Of a stretch of DNA of 10,211 bases, positions 1 to 8,895 are shown piece by piece. The first letter of the stretch is position 1, and the number at the start of each line of letters is the position of its first letter. The stretch lies in contig JBGATO010000113.1 of the NCBI GenBank assembly GCA_044229145.1, positions 1 to 10,211 on the forward strand, in the 5' to 3' direction. A program made the translations under genes and the position numbers. Under the pieces are notes generated by a model. That model was given only the letters and a program-made list of their open reading frames with translations. It did not search any database and was not told the DNA's origin. The DNA is from Candidatus Eiseniibacteriota bacterium (lineage in GTDB: Bacteria > Eisenbacteria > RBG-16-71-46 > CAZEPH01).

Positions 1-2
1 CG

Positions 3-296
3 CTTAGGCAGGTCTTCGTCTCGCAGTCGCTGCTGTTCCTGGGCTGCAGTCTGGAGCAGGACTGGACACTCGACCTTTTCGAGAAAGCTAAGGAAGCCGA
101 CGAGTATGCGATCCCGAGTCACTACGCGATCCTGCCCATGCCCGCGGAGGTCGAAGCCCGGCAGCAGAAGGCGTCGCGGCTGCTCAGGCTGAACATCCAG
201 CCTTTGTGGTACCCGGCCGGCGAACACGAGTTCGTCGAGCGCTATCTTCAACTCATCGTCGATGCGGCCGAGCGCCGCATCGCCTACAACGGATGA
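3..296 (+). CDS. SIR2-like (sirtuin-fold, SIR2_2-type) protein, 5'-truncated by window edge; probable NAD+-consuming defence effector
   Basis: Frame 3 is open from the window edge to TGA at 294-296: LRQVFVSQSLLFLGCSLEQDWTLDLFEKAKEADEYAIPSHYAILPMPAEVEARQQKASRLLRLNIQPLWYPAGEHEFVERYLQLIVDAAERRIAYNG*. The 'LLFLGCSL..D' strand-loop, then 'HYAIL' and 'NIQPLWY', match the C-terminal part of prokaryotic SIR2-like domains (LFxGxSxxD). The stop overlaps the hsdR ATG. The catalytic N-terminal part is not visible. Confidence 0.72.
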   Translation, partial: LRQVFVSQSLLFLGCSLEQDWTLDLFEKAKEADEYAIPSHYAILPMPAEVEARQQKASRLLRLNIQPLWYPAGEHEFVERYLQLIVDAAERRIAYNG

Positions 297-3200
297 CCGC
301 CGCGATGCTCACTGAAGCTGCTCTCGAACAGCTCGCGCTTACTTGGTTCCAGGACTCCGGTTGGGAGTATCGCTTCGGCCCAAATATCGCGCCAGATGGC
401 GAAACGCCAGAGCGTGCCGAGTACAGGCAGGTAGTGCTCACAGGGCGCCTGCGCGAGGCGCTGCAGCGCCTGAACTACGGCGTGCCAGAAGACGTGCTGG
501 ACGAGGTGCTGCACCGCGTGATGGCGCTACACGAACCCGCGCTCGTGCAGTCCAACCGTCGTTTCCACGAGGCGTTGGTCGACGGGTTGCCTGTCGAGGT
601 GGAGCAAGGCGGTGTGAAGCGCGGCGACCGGGTGCGGCTTGTAGACTTTGAGAACCCGCAAGCCAACCGTTGGCTAGTGGTGAACCAGTTCACCGTGCAG
701 GGCAGCAAACAGCCGCGTCGGCCGGACCTGGTCTGCTTTGTCAACGGGCTTCCGATCGCGGTGATCGAGCTGAAGAACCCGGCCGCCGAGCAGGCCGACA
801 TCTGGTCGGCATTCAACCAACTGGACGCCTACAAGGCCGAGATCGCCGACCTGTTCGTATTCAACGAGGCGTTAGTGATCTCCGACGGGCTGGATGCGCG
901 CGTGGGGTCGCTCACGGCCGACCGCGAGCGCTTCCTGCCTTGGCGCACTGTGAAGAACGAGAACGACCGGCCGCTCCTGCAGTTCGAGCTGGAGAAAGTA
1001 GTGCGCGGCTTCTTCGCGCCAGAGCTGCTCCTCGACTATCTTCGATACTTCGTGCTGTTCGAGCAGGGTGACGACAACCTGGTGAAGAAGATCGCCGGCT
1101 ACCACCAGTTCCACGCAGTGCGGGAGGCAGTGCAGGTGGCAGTGGTGGCGGCGACGCAGGCACAGCCAGTAGCGAACGCCGTTCGTGAAGAGCGGGCCAC
1201 TTACGGCAAGCAGGTGGAGCCGGGTTCACGCAAGGGAGGCATCGTCTGGCACACGCAGGGCTCGGGCAAGAGCATGTCTATGGTGTGCTTCGCAGCCAAG
1301 CTGATGCAGCGGCCCGAGATGGAAAACCCGACAATCATCGTAGCGACCGACCGCAACGATTTGGACGGGCAGTTGTTCCAGACCTTCATGGGCGCTGTTT
1401 CGCTGCTAAAGGAGACGCCTCAACAGGCAGAAGACCGCGATCAGCTGCGTGCCCTGCTGGCCGGTCGACCCTCGGGTGGCATCATCTTCAGCACGGTGCA
1501 GAAGTTCTCGCCCAGCGCCGACGAAGCGCGCTTCCCGTGCCTCACTGAACGCACCAATATCGTGGTGCTGGCCGACGAGGCGCACCGCTCGCAGTACGGC
1601 TTTCGCGCGGTGCTGGACAAGAAGACCGGCCAGTTCAAGTACGGCTTCGCGAAGCACCTGCGAGACGCACTGCCGAACGCCACCTTCGTCGGGTTCACCG
1701 GTACGCCCGTGGAATCCGACGACAAGGACACGCGCGCAGTATTCGGCGACTACGTCAGTGTCTACGACATTCAAGACGCGGTGGACGATGGCGCCACAGT
1801 TCCGATTTACTACGAAAGCCGTCTAGCCAAGCTTGATATCAACCAGGCCGAGATCGAGCAACTTAGCGATCAGGTTGAGGAGATCTTCGAGGACGAAGAA
1901 AGCGTCACGCTGCGCGAGGCGGCCAAGACGAAGTGGGCGGCGCTCGAGAAACTGGTCGGTGCTGAACCGCGCGTCCAACAGGTGGCAGCCGACTTGGTGC
2001 AGCACTTCGAGTCGCGGCTTGCCACAGTGGACGGCAAGGCCATGGTGGTGGCGATGAGTCGTCAGATCTGCGTGGACCTGTTCGACGCCATCACTGCGCT
2101 GCGCCCGCACTGGAAGGGCACGTTGGTGCCGAGCCAAGACGCGGAGAAACCCAGCCACTACAGCCCCGAGGATGGGGTGGTGCGCATCGTGATGACAGGC
2201 TCGGCAGCAGACGATCCGAAGCTGCGGCCGCACATCTACAATGCCGTCGCCAAGAAGCGCCTGGAGAAGCGCTTTAAGGATCCGAAGGACCCGCTGAAGC
2301 TCGTCATTGTGCGCGACATGTGGCTCACCGGTTTCGACGTGCCATGTCTGCACACGATGTATGTCGACAAGCCGATGCGTGACCACAACCTGATGCAGGC
2401 CATTGCGCGCGTGAACCGCGTGTTCCGCGACAAGGAAGGCGGCCTGGTCGTCGATTACGTCGGCATCGCAGCCGAGTTGCGACAGGCGCTCAAGACCTAC
2501 ACCGAGAGTCGCGGCAAGGGGCAACCCGCGCTAGACACAGCCGAAGCACTGGCCAAGCTGCAGGAGCTTATGGAGGTGGCGCGCGGTCTCTTGCATGGCT
2601 TTGACTTCGTGGCCTTCCGCACGCATGCAGTGGCGCTGCTGCTGCCTGCAGCGAACTTCGTGCTCGGGCTGGAGGACGGCAAGAAGCGCTGGTTCGACGT
2701 CGTGCTGGCGATCACCAAGGCGTTCTCGCTTTGCGGCACGCTGGACGATGCGATTGCGCTGCGCGAGGAGGTCGCGTTCTTCCAGGCCATCAAGGGCGTG
2801 ATCGCAAAGGCCACGGAGACCGACAAGAAGCTGTCGCAGGACCGCAAGAACGCGGTGCTGAAGCAGATCCTCGACAATGCGATTGTGGCCGAAGGTGTGG
2901 AGGACATCTTCAAACTCGCAGGGCTAGACCGGCCCGACATCGGCCTGTTGTCGGACGCGTTTCTCGAGGAAGTGCGTCAGATGCCGCAGCGCAATTTCGC
3001 CGTGGAGCTGCTGCAAAAGTTGCTCAACGACGAGATCAAGTCGCGCAGCCGGACCAATGTGGTACTAGAGAAGAAATTCAGCGACCGGCTCGCCGCCGCC
3101 TTGAATCGCTATCGCAGCCGCGCGGTCGAGAGCGCGCAGGTCATCGAAGAGCTGATTGCGATGGCCCGAGAGTTCCGCGAGGCTGCCAAGCGGGGCGAGA

Positions 3201-3493
3201 GCTTAGGGTTGAACGAATCGGAGCTGGCCTTCTTCGATGCCTTGGCTAACAACGAGAGTGCCGTGCGCCAGTTGGGCGACGACGTGCTCAAGAAAATCGC
3301 CTTCGAGCTGACCGAGAAGCTTCGAAACAGCACGAGCGTCGACTGGCAAAAGCGCGAGAGCGTGCGAGCACGACTGCGCAACCTGGTGCGGATCACGCTT
3401 CGCCGCTACAAGTATCCGCCGGACAAGCAGGAAGAAGCTATTCAGTTGGTCTTGGATCAGGCAGAGCGACTTTCGGACGAATGGACGAAGTAG
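293..3493 (+). CDS. hsdR: Type I restriction-modification system restriction subunit R (HsdR), 1066 aa
   Basis: Nuclease motifs RPDLVCFVNGLPIAVIELK (PD-(D/E)xK) and QLDAY (QxxxY). SF2 translocase motifs WHTQGSGKS (Walker A), DRNDLD, DEAHRSQYG, FTGTP, VRDMWLTGFD and QAIARVNR. Typical helical C-terminus ending YKYPPDKQEEA. Start moved from the track's GTG 206 to ATG 293 (ATGA overlap with the upstream stop); ATG 305 is an alternative. Confidence 0.97.
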   Translation: MTAAMLTEAALEQLALTWFQDSGWEYRFGPNIAPDGETPERAEYRQVVLTGRLREALQRLNYGVPEDVLDEVLHRVMALHEPALVQSNRRFHEALVDGLPVEVEQGGVKRGDRVRLVDFENPQANRWLVVNQFTVQGSKQPRRPDLVCFVNGLPIAVIELKNPAAEQADIWSAFNQLDAYKAEIADLFVFNEALVISDGLDARVGSLTADRERFLPWRTVKNENDRPLLQFELEKVVRGFFAPELLLDYLRYFVLFEQGDDNLVKKIAGYHQFHAVREAVQVAVVAATQAQPVANAVREERATYGKQVEPGSRKGGIVWHTQGSGKSMSMVCFAAKLMQRPEMENPTIIVATDRNDLDGQLFQTFMGAVSLLKETPQQAEDRDQLRALLAGRPSGGIIFSTVQKFSPSADEARFPCLTERTNIVVLADEAHRSQYGFRAVLDKKTGQFKYGFAKHLRDALPNATFVGFTGTPVESDDKDTRAVFGDYVSVYDIQDAVDDGATVPIYYESRLAKLDINQAEIEQLSDQVEEIFEDEESVTLREAAKTKWAALEKLVGAEPRVQQVAADLVQHFESRLATVDGKAMVVAMSRQICVDLFDAITALRPHWKGTLVPSQDAEKPSHYSPEDGVVRIVMTGSAADDPKLRPHIYNAVAKKRLEKRFKDPKDPLKLVIVRDMWLTGFDVPCLHTMYVDKPMRDHNLMQAIARVNRVFRDKEGGLVVDYVGIAAELRQALKTYTESRGKGQPALDTAEALAKLQELMEVARGLLHGFDFVAFRTHAVALLLPAANFVLGLEDGKKRWFDVVLAITKAFSLCGTLDDAIALREEVAFFQAIKGVIAKATETDKKLSQDRKNAVLKQILDNAIVAEGVEDIFKLAGLDRPDIGLLSDAFLEEVRQMPQRNFAVELLQKLLNDEIKSRSRTNVVLEKKFSDRLAAALNRYRSRAVESAQVIEELIAMAREFREAAKRGESLGLNESELAFFDALANNESAVRQLGDDVLKKIAFELTEKLRNSTSVDWQKRESVRARLRNLVRITLRRYKYPPDKQEEAIQLVLDQAERLSDEWTK

Positions 3494-3543
3494 CCAGGAA
3501 TAGCATCATACAGCCTACTGAGGACAGGCCAAATCGACAAGCC

Positions 3544-3570
3544 GAACGCACTACGACGATGTGGTCGTTC
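3544..3570. terminator. Imperfect hairpin between convergent genes, possible terminator
   Basis: GAACG-C-ACTAC [GACGAT] GTGGT-CGTTC forms about 10 pairs (one G-U, one bulged C) in the 104-bp gap between two converging stop codons. There is no U-tract on either side. Confidence 0.25.
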
Positions 3571-3597
3571 AGAGTCAGCGTGCCTGAAATAATGTGG

Positions 3598-4713
3598 CTA
3601 GAGTGCCGCAAGCACTTCACTCAACCGTGGAAATTCCCCCTCGTTCGCACCCTGACGCCGCAATTTCTTGAGTAGCTCTGTCGGCTCAGGAATGCGATCA
3701 TATCCAAATGCCTTCGCAAAACCCACGATATTGGCGACGGCAACAGTGAGCGCATCTGCGTCGTTGACTCGGTAAATCCCAAGTAGAGACTGATTGCGAT
3801 TGCGGCCGAATGTCGATACGTAATGCGTCCGTACGCGATCCCAAAGTATCACGCCTGCGACATATGGAGATGTCTCCTCGCCAACTTCCAGTACGAGGAC
3901 AAATGGGCACGGCATCTCTTGCGCCGCAGCAAAGCGAAATGCATATGCGGGACGATAGCCGCGGGATAGCAATTCGCGCGGGGGGACAGTGAGAGGCTCT
4001 TGCGTATTGACATTGAGATGTGGTGTGGCCGCCGCTGTGTGGTCAGTTGCGCCATCAAGAGCGGCCAATGCTTCAAGAATGTCACTGTCGCCCGACTGCT
4101 GACATGTCGCGCATGACGCCGTGCCTTCGACAGGCGCTAGTTGCATCATGTGGGATCCGCCTGGGCACTGTGCCGCCCAGTAGCCCATCGTAGAGGACAA
4201 TATCGGCAGCGGTTCCAGTCCGCGCCGCCAAGCGATGCGAATAACATCGGCCAAGGTGCTTCTGCTGATTGAATCCCATCCGTAGGGATTGGAACGAGCT
4301 TCATTCTCGAGATCGAACACTTCCTCCTGTGACAGGAGCCCTTCCGCTACGCAGCAATCGATCTCCTCCCCGATCGAATCTGATCGGAAGTAGACATTCA
4401 GGAGATGTGAAGCGGCAAGGCGTGCGTTGGCATGAGGAGCACTCGTGAGACACAGCCACGCGGGGGGCCTACCAAAGAGCTTCAGTGCGTCTGAGTGATA
4501 GCTCTTGACATAGCCATGTCCGGGTTCGCCCGCGATCCACAATTCATCGCGTGCTCCATCAGTAACCAGGTAGTATGGGTGGAGGATCGCAAATTCGCGA
4601 TAGTCATATTTGCAGGCGGAGATAAGCTGTGCGCCCCTTGGCAGAAGCTCTTCAGCTGGCAATCCGCCCTCGAAGTCGAAATCGAGAATCGGTGGGAGTG
4701 GCTCGATATTCAT
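3598..4713 (-). CDS. Hypothetical protein (371 aa) with central C-x4-H-x12-C-x2-C putative zinc ribbon
   Basis: Long ORF with ordinary globular composition in a lower-GC stretch where shadow ORFs are short. ATG at 4713-4711 is preceded on the minus strand by GGGGAGAACC (SD-like). Motif WAAQCPGGSHMMQLAPVEGTASCATCQQSGD at residues 179-209. No whole-protein family recognised. Confidence 0.75.
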   Translation of the reverse strand: MNIEPLPPILDFDFEGGLPAEELLPRGAQLISACKYDYREFAILHPYYLVTDGARDELWIAGEPGHGYVKSYHSDALKLFGRPPAWLCLTSAPHANARLAASHLLNVYFRSDSIGEEIDCCVAEGLLSQEEVFDLENEARSNPYGWDSISRSTLADVIRIAWRRGLEPLPILSSTMGYWAAQCPGGSHMMQLAPVEGTASCATCQQSGDSDILEALAALDGATDHTAAATPHLNVNTQEPLTVPPRELLSRGYRPAYAFRFAAAQEMPCPFVLVLEVGEETSPYVAGVILWDRVRTHYVSTFGRNRNQSLLGIYRVNDADALTVAVANIVGFAKAFGYDRIPEPTELLKKLRRQGANEGEFPRLSEVLAAL

Positions 4714-4989
4714 GGTTCTCCCCGTCAGGTTTTGTGGAATGCGCTTCTAGAGTCGATCCGCTGTGAAGCCATGGACGCTCGCAGGCGACGGCAGTCGCTC
4801 GCAGTCGCAATCATTTCCTGCATCAGGCCGCTGCCGGCCGGTGAACGCGCACGGAACTTGAGTGCGGGTGTCGTCCGTACATTACGCGACCTTTCTGCGC
4901 CGCGTCCCGACACTTTCGATGGGCGCGATATGGTGCATTGGCCAACAGAGGAGTGGCGACGGGTGGGAGGGGATTGGGGCGGCGGCGGG

Positions 4990-5054
<65 letters not shown>

Positions 5055-5065
5055 CGAGGTGACCC

Positions 5066-6217
5066 ATGGCAACACGCCTCTTCACGCCCGGTCCCACCAA
5101 TATCCCCGATGATGTCCGTGCCGCCCTCGCGCGGCCGAGCATTCACCACCGCACTCCGCAGTTCCTCGCCCTCGCCAAGGGCGTGCACGAGGCGCTCGAG
5201 CGCTTGATGGACGCCAGCGCCGGCGTCGCCGTGCTCGCGTCGTCGGGCACGGGCGGACTCGAAGCCGTCGTCTCCAACTTGCTGCAGCCGGGCGAGAGCT
5301 GCATCGGCGTCGTCACCGGCAAGTTCGGCGAGCGCTGGGTCGAACTCGCGGCCGTCTATGGCAACCCGTGCGTCCAGCTCACCAAGCCGTGGGGCGAGAC
5401 CGCTTCGCCGGCCGAACTCGATGCGGTGCTCACCGCGAACCCCGGCACGCGCGCCGTCTTCCTCACGCTGGTGGAAACCTCCACTGGCACGCTCGCCGAC
5501 ATCCAGGGGCTCGCCGCGGTGGCGCGCAAGCACAACGCGCTCGTCGCCATCGACGCGATCAGCGGACTCGGCGTCGAAGCGTGTCCGCTCAAGGCGTGGG
5601 ACTTGGATGCCGTCGTCGGTTCGACTCAGAAGGCGCTCATGCTGCCGCCGGGCGGCGCGATCATCGCGCTGAGCCCGCGCGCCTGGGACGCCGCCAAGGC
5701 GAACCCGCGTCCGCGCTATTACTTCGATCTGCGTCCCTACGAGAAGCTGGCGCCGGGCGACTCGCCGTACACGCCGCCGGTCGGCTTGTACTTCGGCCTC
5801 GAGGCGTCGTTGCAGCGCATCGAGAAGGAAGGCTTCGAGGCGTTCCGCGCCCGTCACGCGCGGCTCGCCGCGGCGACGCGCGCCGGCTGCACGGCGCTCG
5901 GCCTCAAGCTGTTCAGCGCCGCGCCGTGCAACTTGGTGACTGCGTTGCACGCGCCGGAAGGCATCAGCGGCCGTGAGTTCATGAAGCCGCTGGAAGCCGA
6001 GTACGGCATGCGCATCGCGCTGGGCCAGGGCAAGTTCAAGGAGTCGATGATTCGCATCGCGCACATGGGCGATGTGAACGAAGCCGACATCTTCGCGATC
6101 CTGAGTGCGCTCGGCGCGATCATGGAGCGCAAGGGACTCACGCCGCGCGCGGCGGCGGGCATCGAGGCGGCGCTGGCGTCGTTGCAGGCGCCGCAACTGC
6201 AGGAGGCGCGGTCATGA
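5066..6217 (+). CDS. Class V PLP-dependent aminotransferase (alanine-glyoxylate / serine-pyruvate / SerC-alternative family), 383 aa
   Basis: Motifs LFTPGPT, HHRTPQF, SSGTGGLEA, GKFGERW, ETSTG, DAISGLG, GSTQKALMLPPG (PLP lysine), YYFDL, PYTP and RIAHMG. SD GAGGTG at 5056-5061. Confidence 0.93.
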   Translation: MATRLFTPGPTNIPDDVRAALARPSIHHRTPQFLALAKGVHEALERLMDASAGVAVLASSGTGGLEAVVSNLLQPGESCIGVVTGKFGERWVELAAVYGNPCVQLTKPWGETASPAELDAVLTANPGTRAVFLTLVETSTGTLADIQGLAAVARKHNALVAIDAISGLGVEACPLKAWDLDAVVGSTQKALMLPPGGAIIALSPRAWDAAKANPRPRYYFDLRPYEKLAPGDSPYTPPVGLYFGLEASLQRIEKEGFEAFRARHARLAAATRAGCTALGLKLFSAAPCNLVTALHAPEGISGREFMKPLEAEYGMRIALGQGKFKESMIRIAHMGDVNEADIFAILSALGAIMERKGLTPRAAAGIEAALASLQAPQLQEARS

Positions 6218-7149
6218 AGATCCTCGTCGTCGATGGCGTCGAAGCCATCTGTGGAGAGAAGCTGCGCGCGGGCGGGCACACCGTCGAAGAGTACGCGGCG
6301 CTCGAGCCGGCCGAACTGCTTGTAAAGGTGAAGGACGCGAACGGTCTCGTCGTGCGCGGCAAGTCGAAGATCACCGCGGAGGTCGTGGCGGCGGCGCCGG
6401 AGTTGCGCGTGGTGGTGCGGGCCGGCAGCGGCCTCGACACCATCGATGTGCCGGCGGCGCAGGCCAAGGGCGTCGAGGTGCGCAACGTGCCGGGCGGCAA
6501 CTCGGTCTCGGTGGCGGAATTGGTCTTCGGGCTTCTCCTGAGCTTAACGCGGTACCTGCCCGACGCCACCGCGGCGTCGCGCGCCGGCACCGCCAAGCGC
6601 GGCAAGCCGATGGGCAACGAGGTCGCCGGCCGCACGCTCGGCATCGTCGGATACGGCCGTATTGGCCGCGAACTCGCGCGGCGCGCGCTCGCCTTCGACA
6701 TGAAGGTGATCGCCAGCGACCCGCTGCTCACGCCGGAGGAAGCGGCGCGCGACGGCATCGTGCGCGCCGGTTCGGTCGACGAGTTGATCCCGCAGGCCCA
6801 CGTGATCTCGCTCCACGTCCCGAACCTGCCGACCACGCGCCACATGTTCGGCGCCCGGCAGTTCGCGGCGATGCAGCCGGGGACGATCTTCCTCAACGCG
6901 GCGCGCGCCGAGCTGGTGGACCACGAGGCGCTGCTCGCGGCGCTCACCGACGGCCGCGTGGCGGGCGCCGGGCTGGACGTGGTGGACGAGGCCTCGCCGG
7001 CCGCGGCGGCCATCAAGGCGCACGCGCGGGTGTACCTCACGCCGCACCTCGGCGCCTCCACGGTGGAGGCCCAGGCGCGCGTGGCGGCGGCCGCCGGCGA
7101 CATCATGGTCGAGGCGATGAACCGGGTAGTGCACAGCGCCGCCAAGTAG
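6214..7149 (+). CDS. D-isomer-specific 2-hydroxyacid dehydrogenase, SerA-like (short D-3-phosphoglycerate dehydrogenase or hydroxypyruvate reductase), 311 aa
   Basis: Motifs RAGSGLDTID, NVPGGNSVSVAE, Rossmann GIVGYGRIG, ISLHVP, NAARAELVD, GLDV and TPHLGAST (catalytic His). No C-terminal ASB/ACT domains. ATGA overlap with the aminotransferase stop (6214-6217). The family call is firm; the substrate is not. Confidence 0.88.
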   Translation: MKILVVDGVEAICGEKLRAGGHTVEEYAALEPAELLVKVKDANGLVVRGKSKITAEVVAAAPELRVVVRAGSGLDTIDVPAAQAKGVEVRNVPGGNSVSVAELVFGLLLSLTRYLPDATAASRAGTAKRGKPMGNEVAGRTLGIVGYGRIGRELARRALAFDMKVIASDPLLTPEEAARDGIVRAGSVDELIPQAHVISLHVPNLPTTRHMFGARQFAAMQPGTIFLNAARAELVDHEALLAALTDGRVAGAGLDVVDEASPAAAAIKAHARVYLTPHLGASTVEAQARVAAAAGDIMVEAMNRVVHSAAK

Positions 7150-7272
7150 CGGGCGGCCCGGCTCGTGAGGCGCGCGGGACAGGCAAGACCGGCGGCGGCC
7201 GGGGCGCATGGCTCCGGCCGCCGTCTCGTGTGACGGGGGAGCCACCGGGGGCTCCACAGGGCGTCGCCGGCC

Positions 7273-7301
7273 TAGCCTTTGGAGGGCGCGGCGGTCATAA
7301 T
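7273..7301 (+). promoter_or_regulatory. Candidate sigma70-type promoter for purA
   Basis: TAGCCT (7273-7278), 17-bp spacer, CATAAT (7296-7301). This is the main AT-rich patch in a very GC-rich 232-bp intergenic region. The -35 match is weak. Confidence 0.4.
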
Positions 7302-7381
7302 CTCCGGCCGTTGTCCGGAGGCGCCCGCGGTGACTGCCGCGACGTGGCGCCGGCGCCGGAAAGCTGGGCAGGAGGATTCGC

Positions 7382-8647
<1,266 letters not shown>

Positions 8648-8663
8648 GCGGCCGGTGGTCGCC

Positions 8664-8692
8664 TTGCATCGGGGCGGAGCGTCGACTACGCT
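8664..8692 (+). promoter_or_regulatory. Sigma70-type promoter upstream of tRNA-Lys
   Basis: TTGCAT (8664-8669), exactly 17 bp, TACGCT (8687-8692, TAxxxT), 66 bp upstream of the tRNA 5' end. Confidence 0.65.
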
Positions 8693-8758
8693 GCCGTTTC
8701 CCGATCGCGCCGTGTCCCTCGCTTCGCCTGTCTGTCGGGGCGAAGTGCCCGCGCCCGC

Positions 8759-8834
8759 GAGCCGTTAGCTCAGTTGGTAGAGCAGCGGACTTTTAATCCG
8801 TCGGTCCTGGGTTCGAGTCCCAGACGGCTCACCA
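8759..8834 (+). tRNA. tRNA-Lys (anticodon UUU), 76 nt, CCA encoded
   Basis: Full cloverleaf: acceptor GAGCCGT/ACGGCTC, D arm GCTC-AGTTGGTA-GAGC, anticodon arm GCGGA-CTTTTAA-TCCGT (TTT at 8792-8794), T arm CTGGG-TTCGAGT-CCCAG, discriminator A, CCA. Confidence 0.98.
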
Positions 8835-8895
8835 CGCGCGGGGCGCGATCGCGCCGGTAGCTCTCGCTGCCGGGTCGCGGACGAGGGTATTGCCC

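Noticed and set aside
206..292. N-terminal extension of HsdR from GTG 206 in the ORF track
   Set aside because: The Arg-rich, non-HsdR-like sequence overlaps the upstream SIR2-like CDS in another frame. HsdR-like sequence begins at ATG 293/305.
2104..2175. Extended loop in HsdR (PHWKGTLVPSQDAEKPSHYSPEDG) before the VMTG motif
   Set aside because: A short insertion in a variable surface region. No intein or extra-domain motifs, and all catalytic motifs are intact.
4790..4808. Short direct repeat GCAGTCGC x2, and GGAGCC/GGCTCC stem at 7238-7255
   Set aside because: Too short to distinguish from chance in GC-rich DNA. No array structure, so no CRISPR or iteron call.
4954..4979. Minus strand reads ...AATCCCCTCCCACCCGTCGCCA, resembling a tRNA 3' end (possible att site at the island edge)
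   Set aside because: No GTTC T-loop, spacing from AAT to CCA is 3 nt too long, no match to the tRNA-Lys in the window, and the stretch is next to the suspect tract.
4961..4979. Canonical G-quadruplex pattern GGG-T-GGG-A-GGGG-ATT-GGGG
   Set aside because: It lies in the G-drift leading into the homopolymer, as expected for decaying read quality. Not credible until the sequence is validated.
8759..8834. tRNA-Lys as integration site for the defence region
   Set aside because: No integrase nearby, no duplicate of its 3' end seen in the window, and both flanks have the same high-GC core character.
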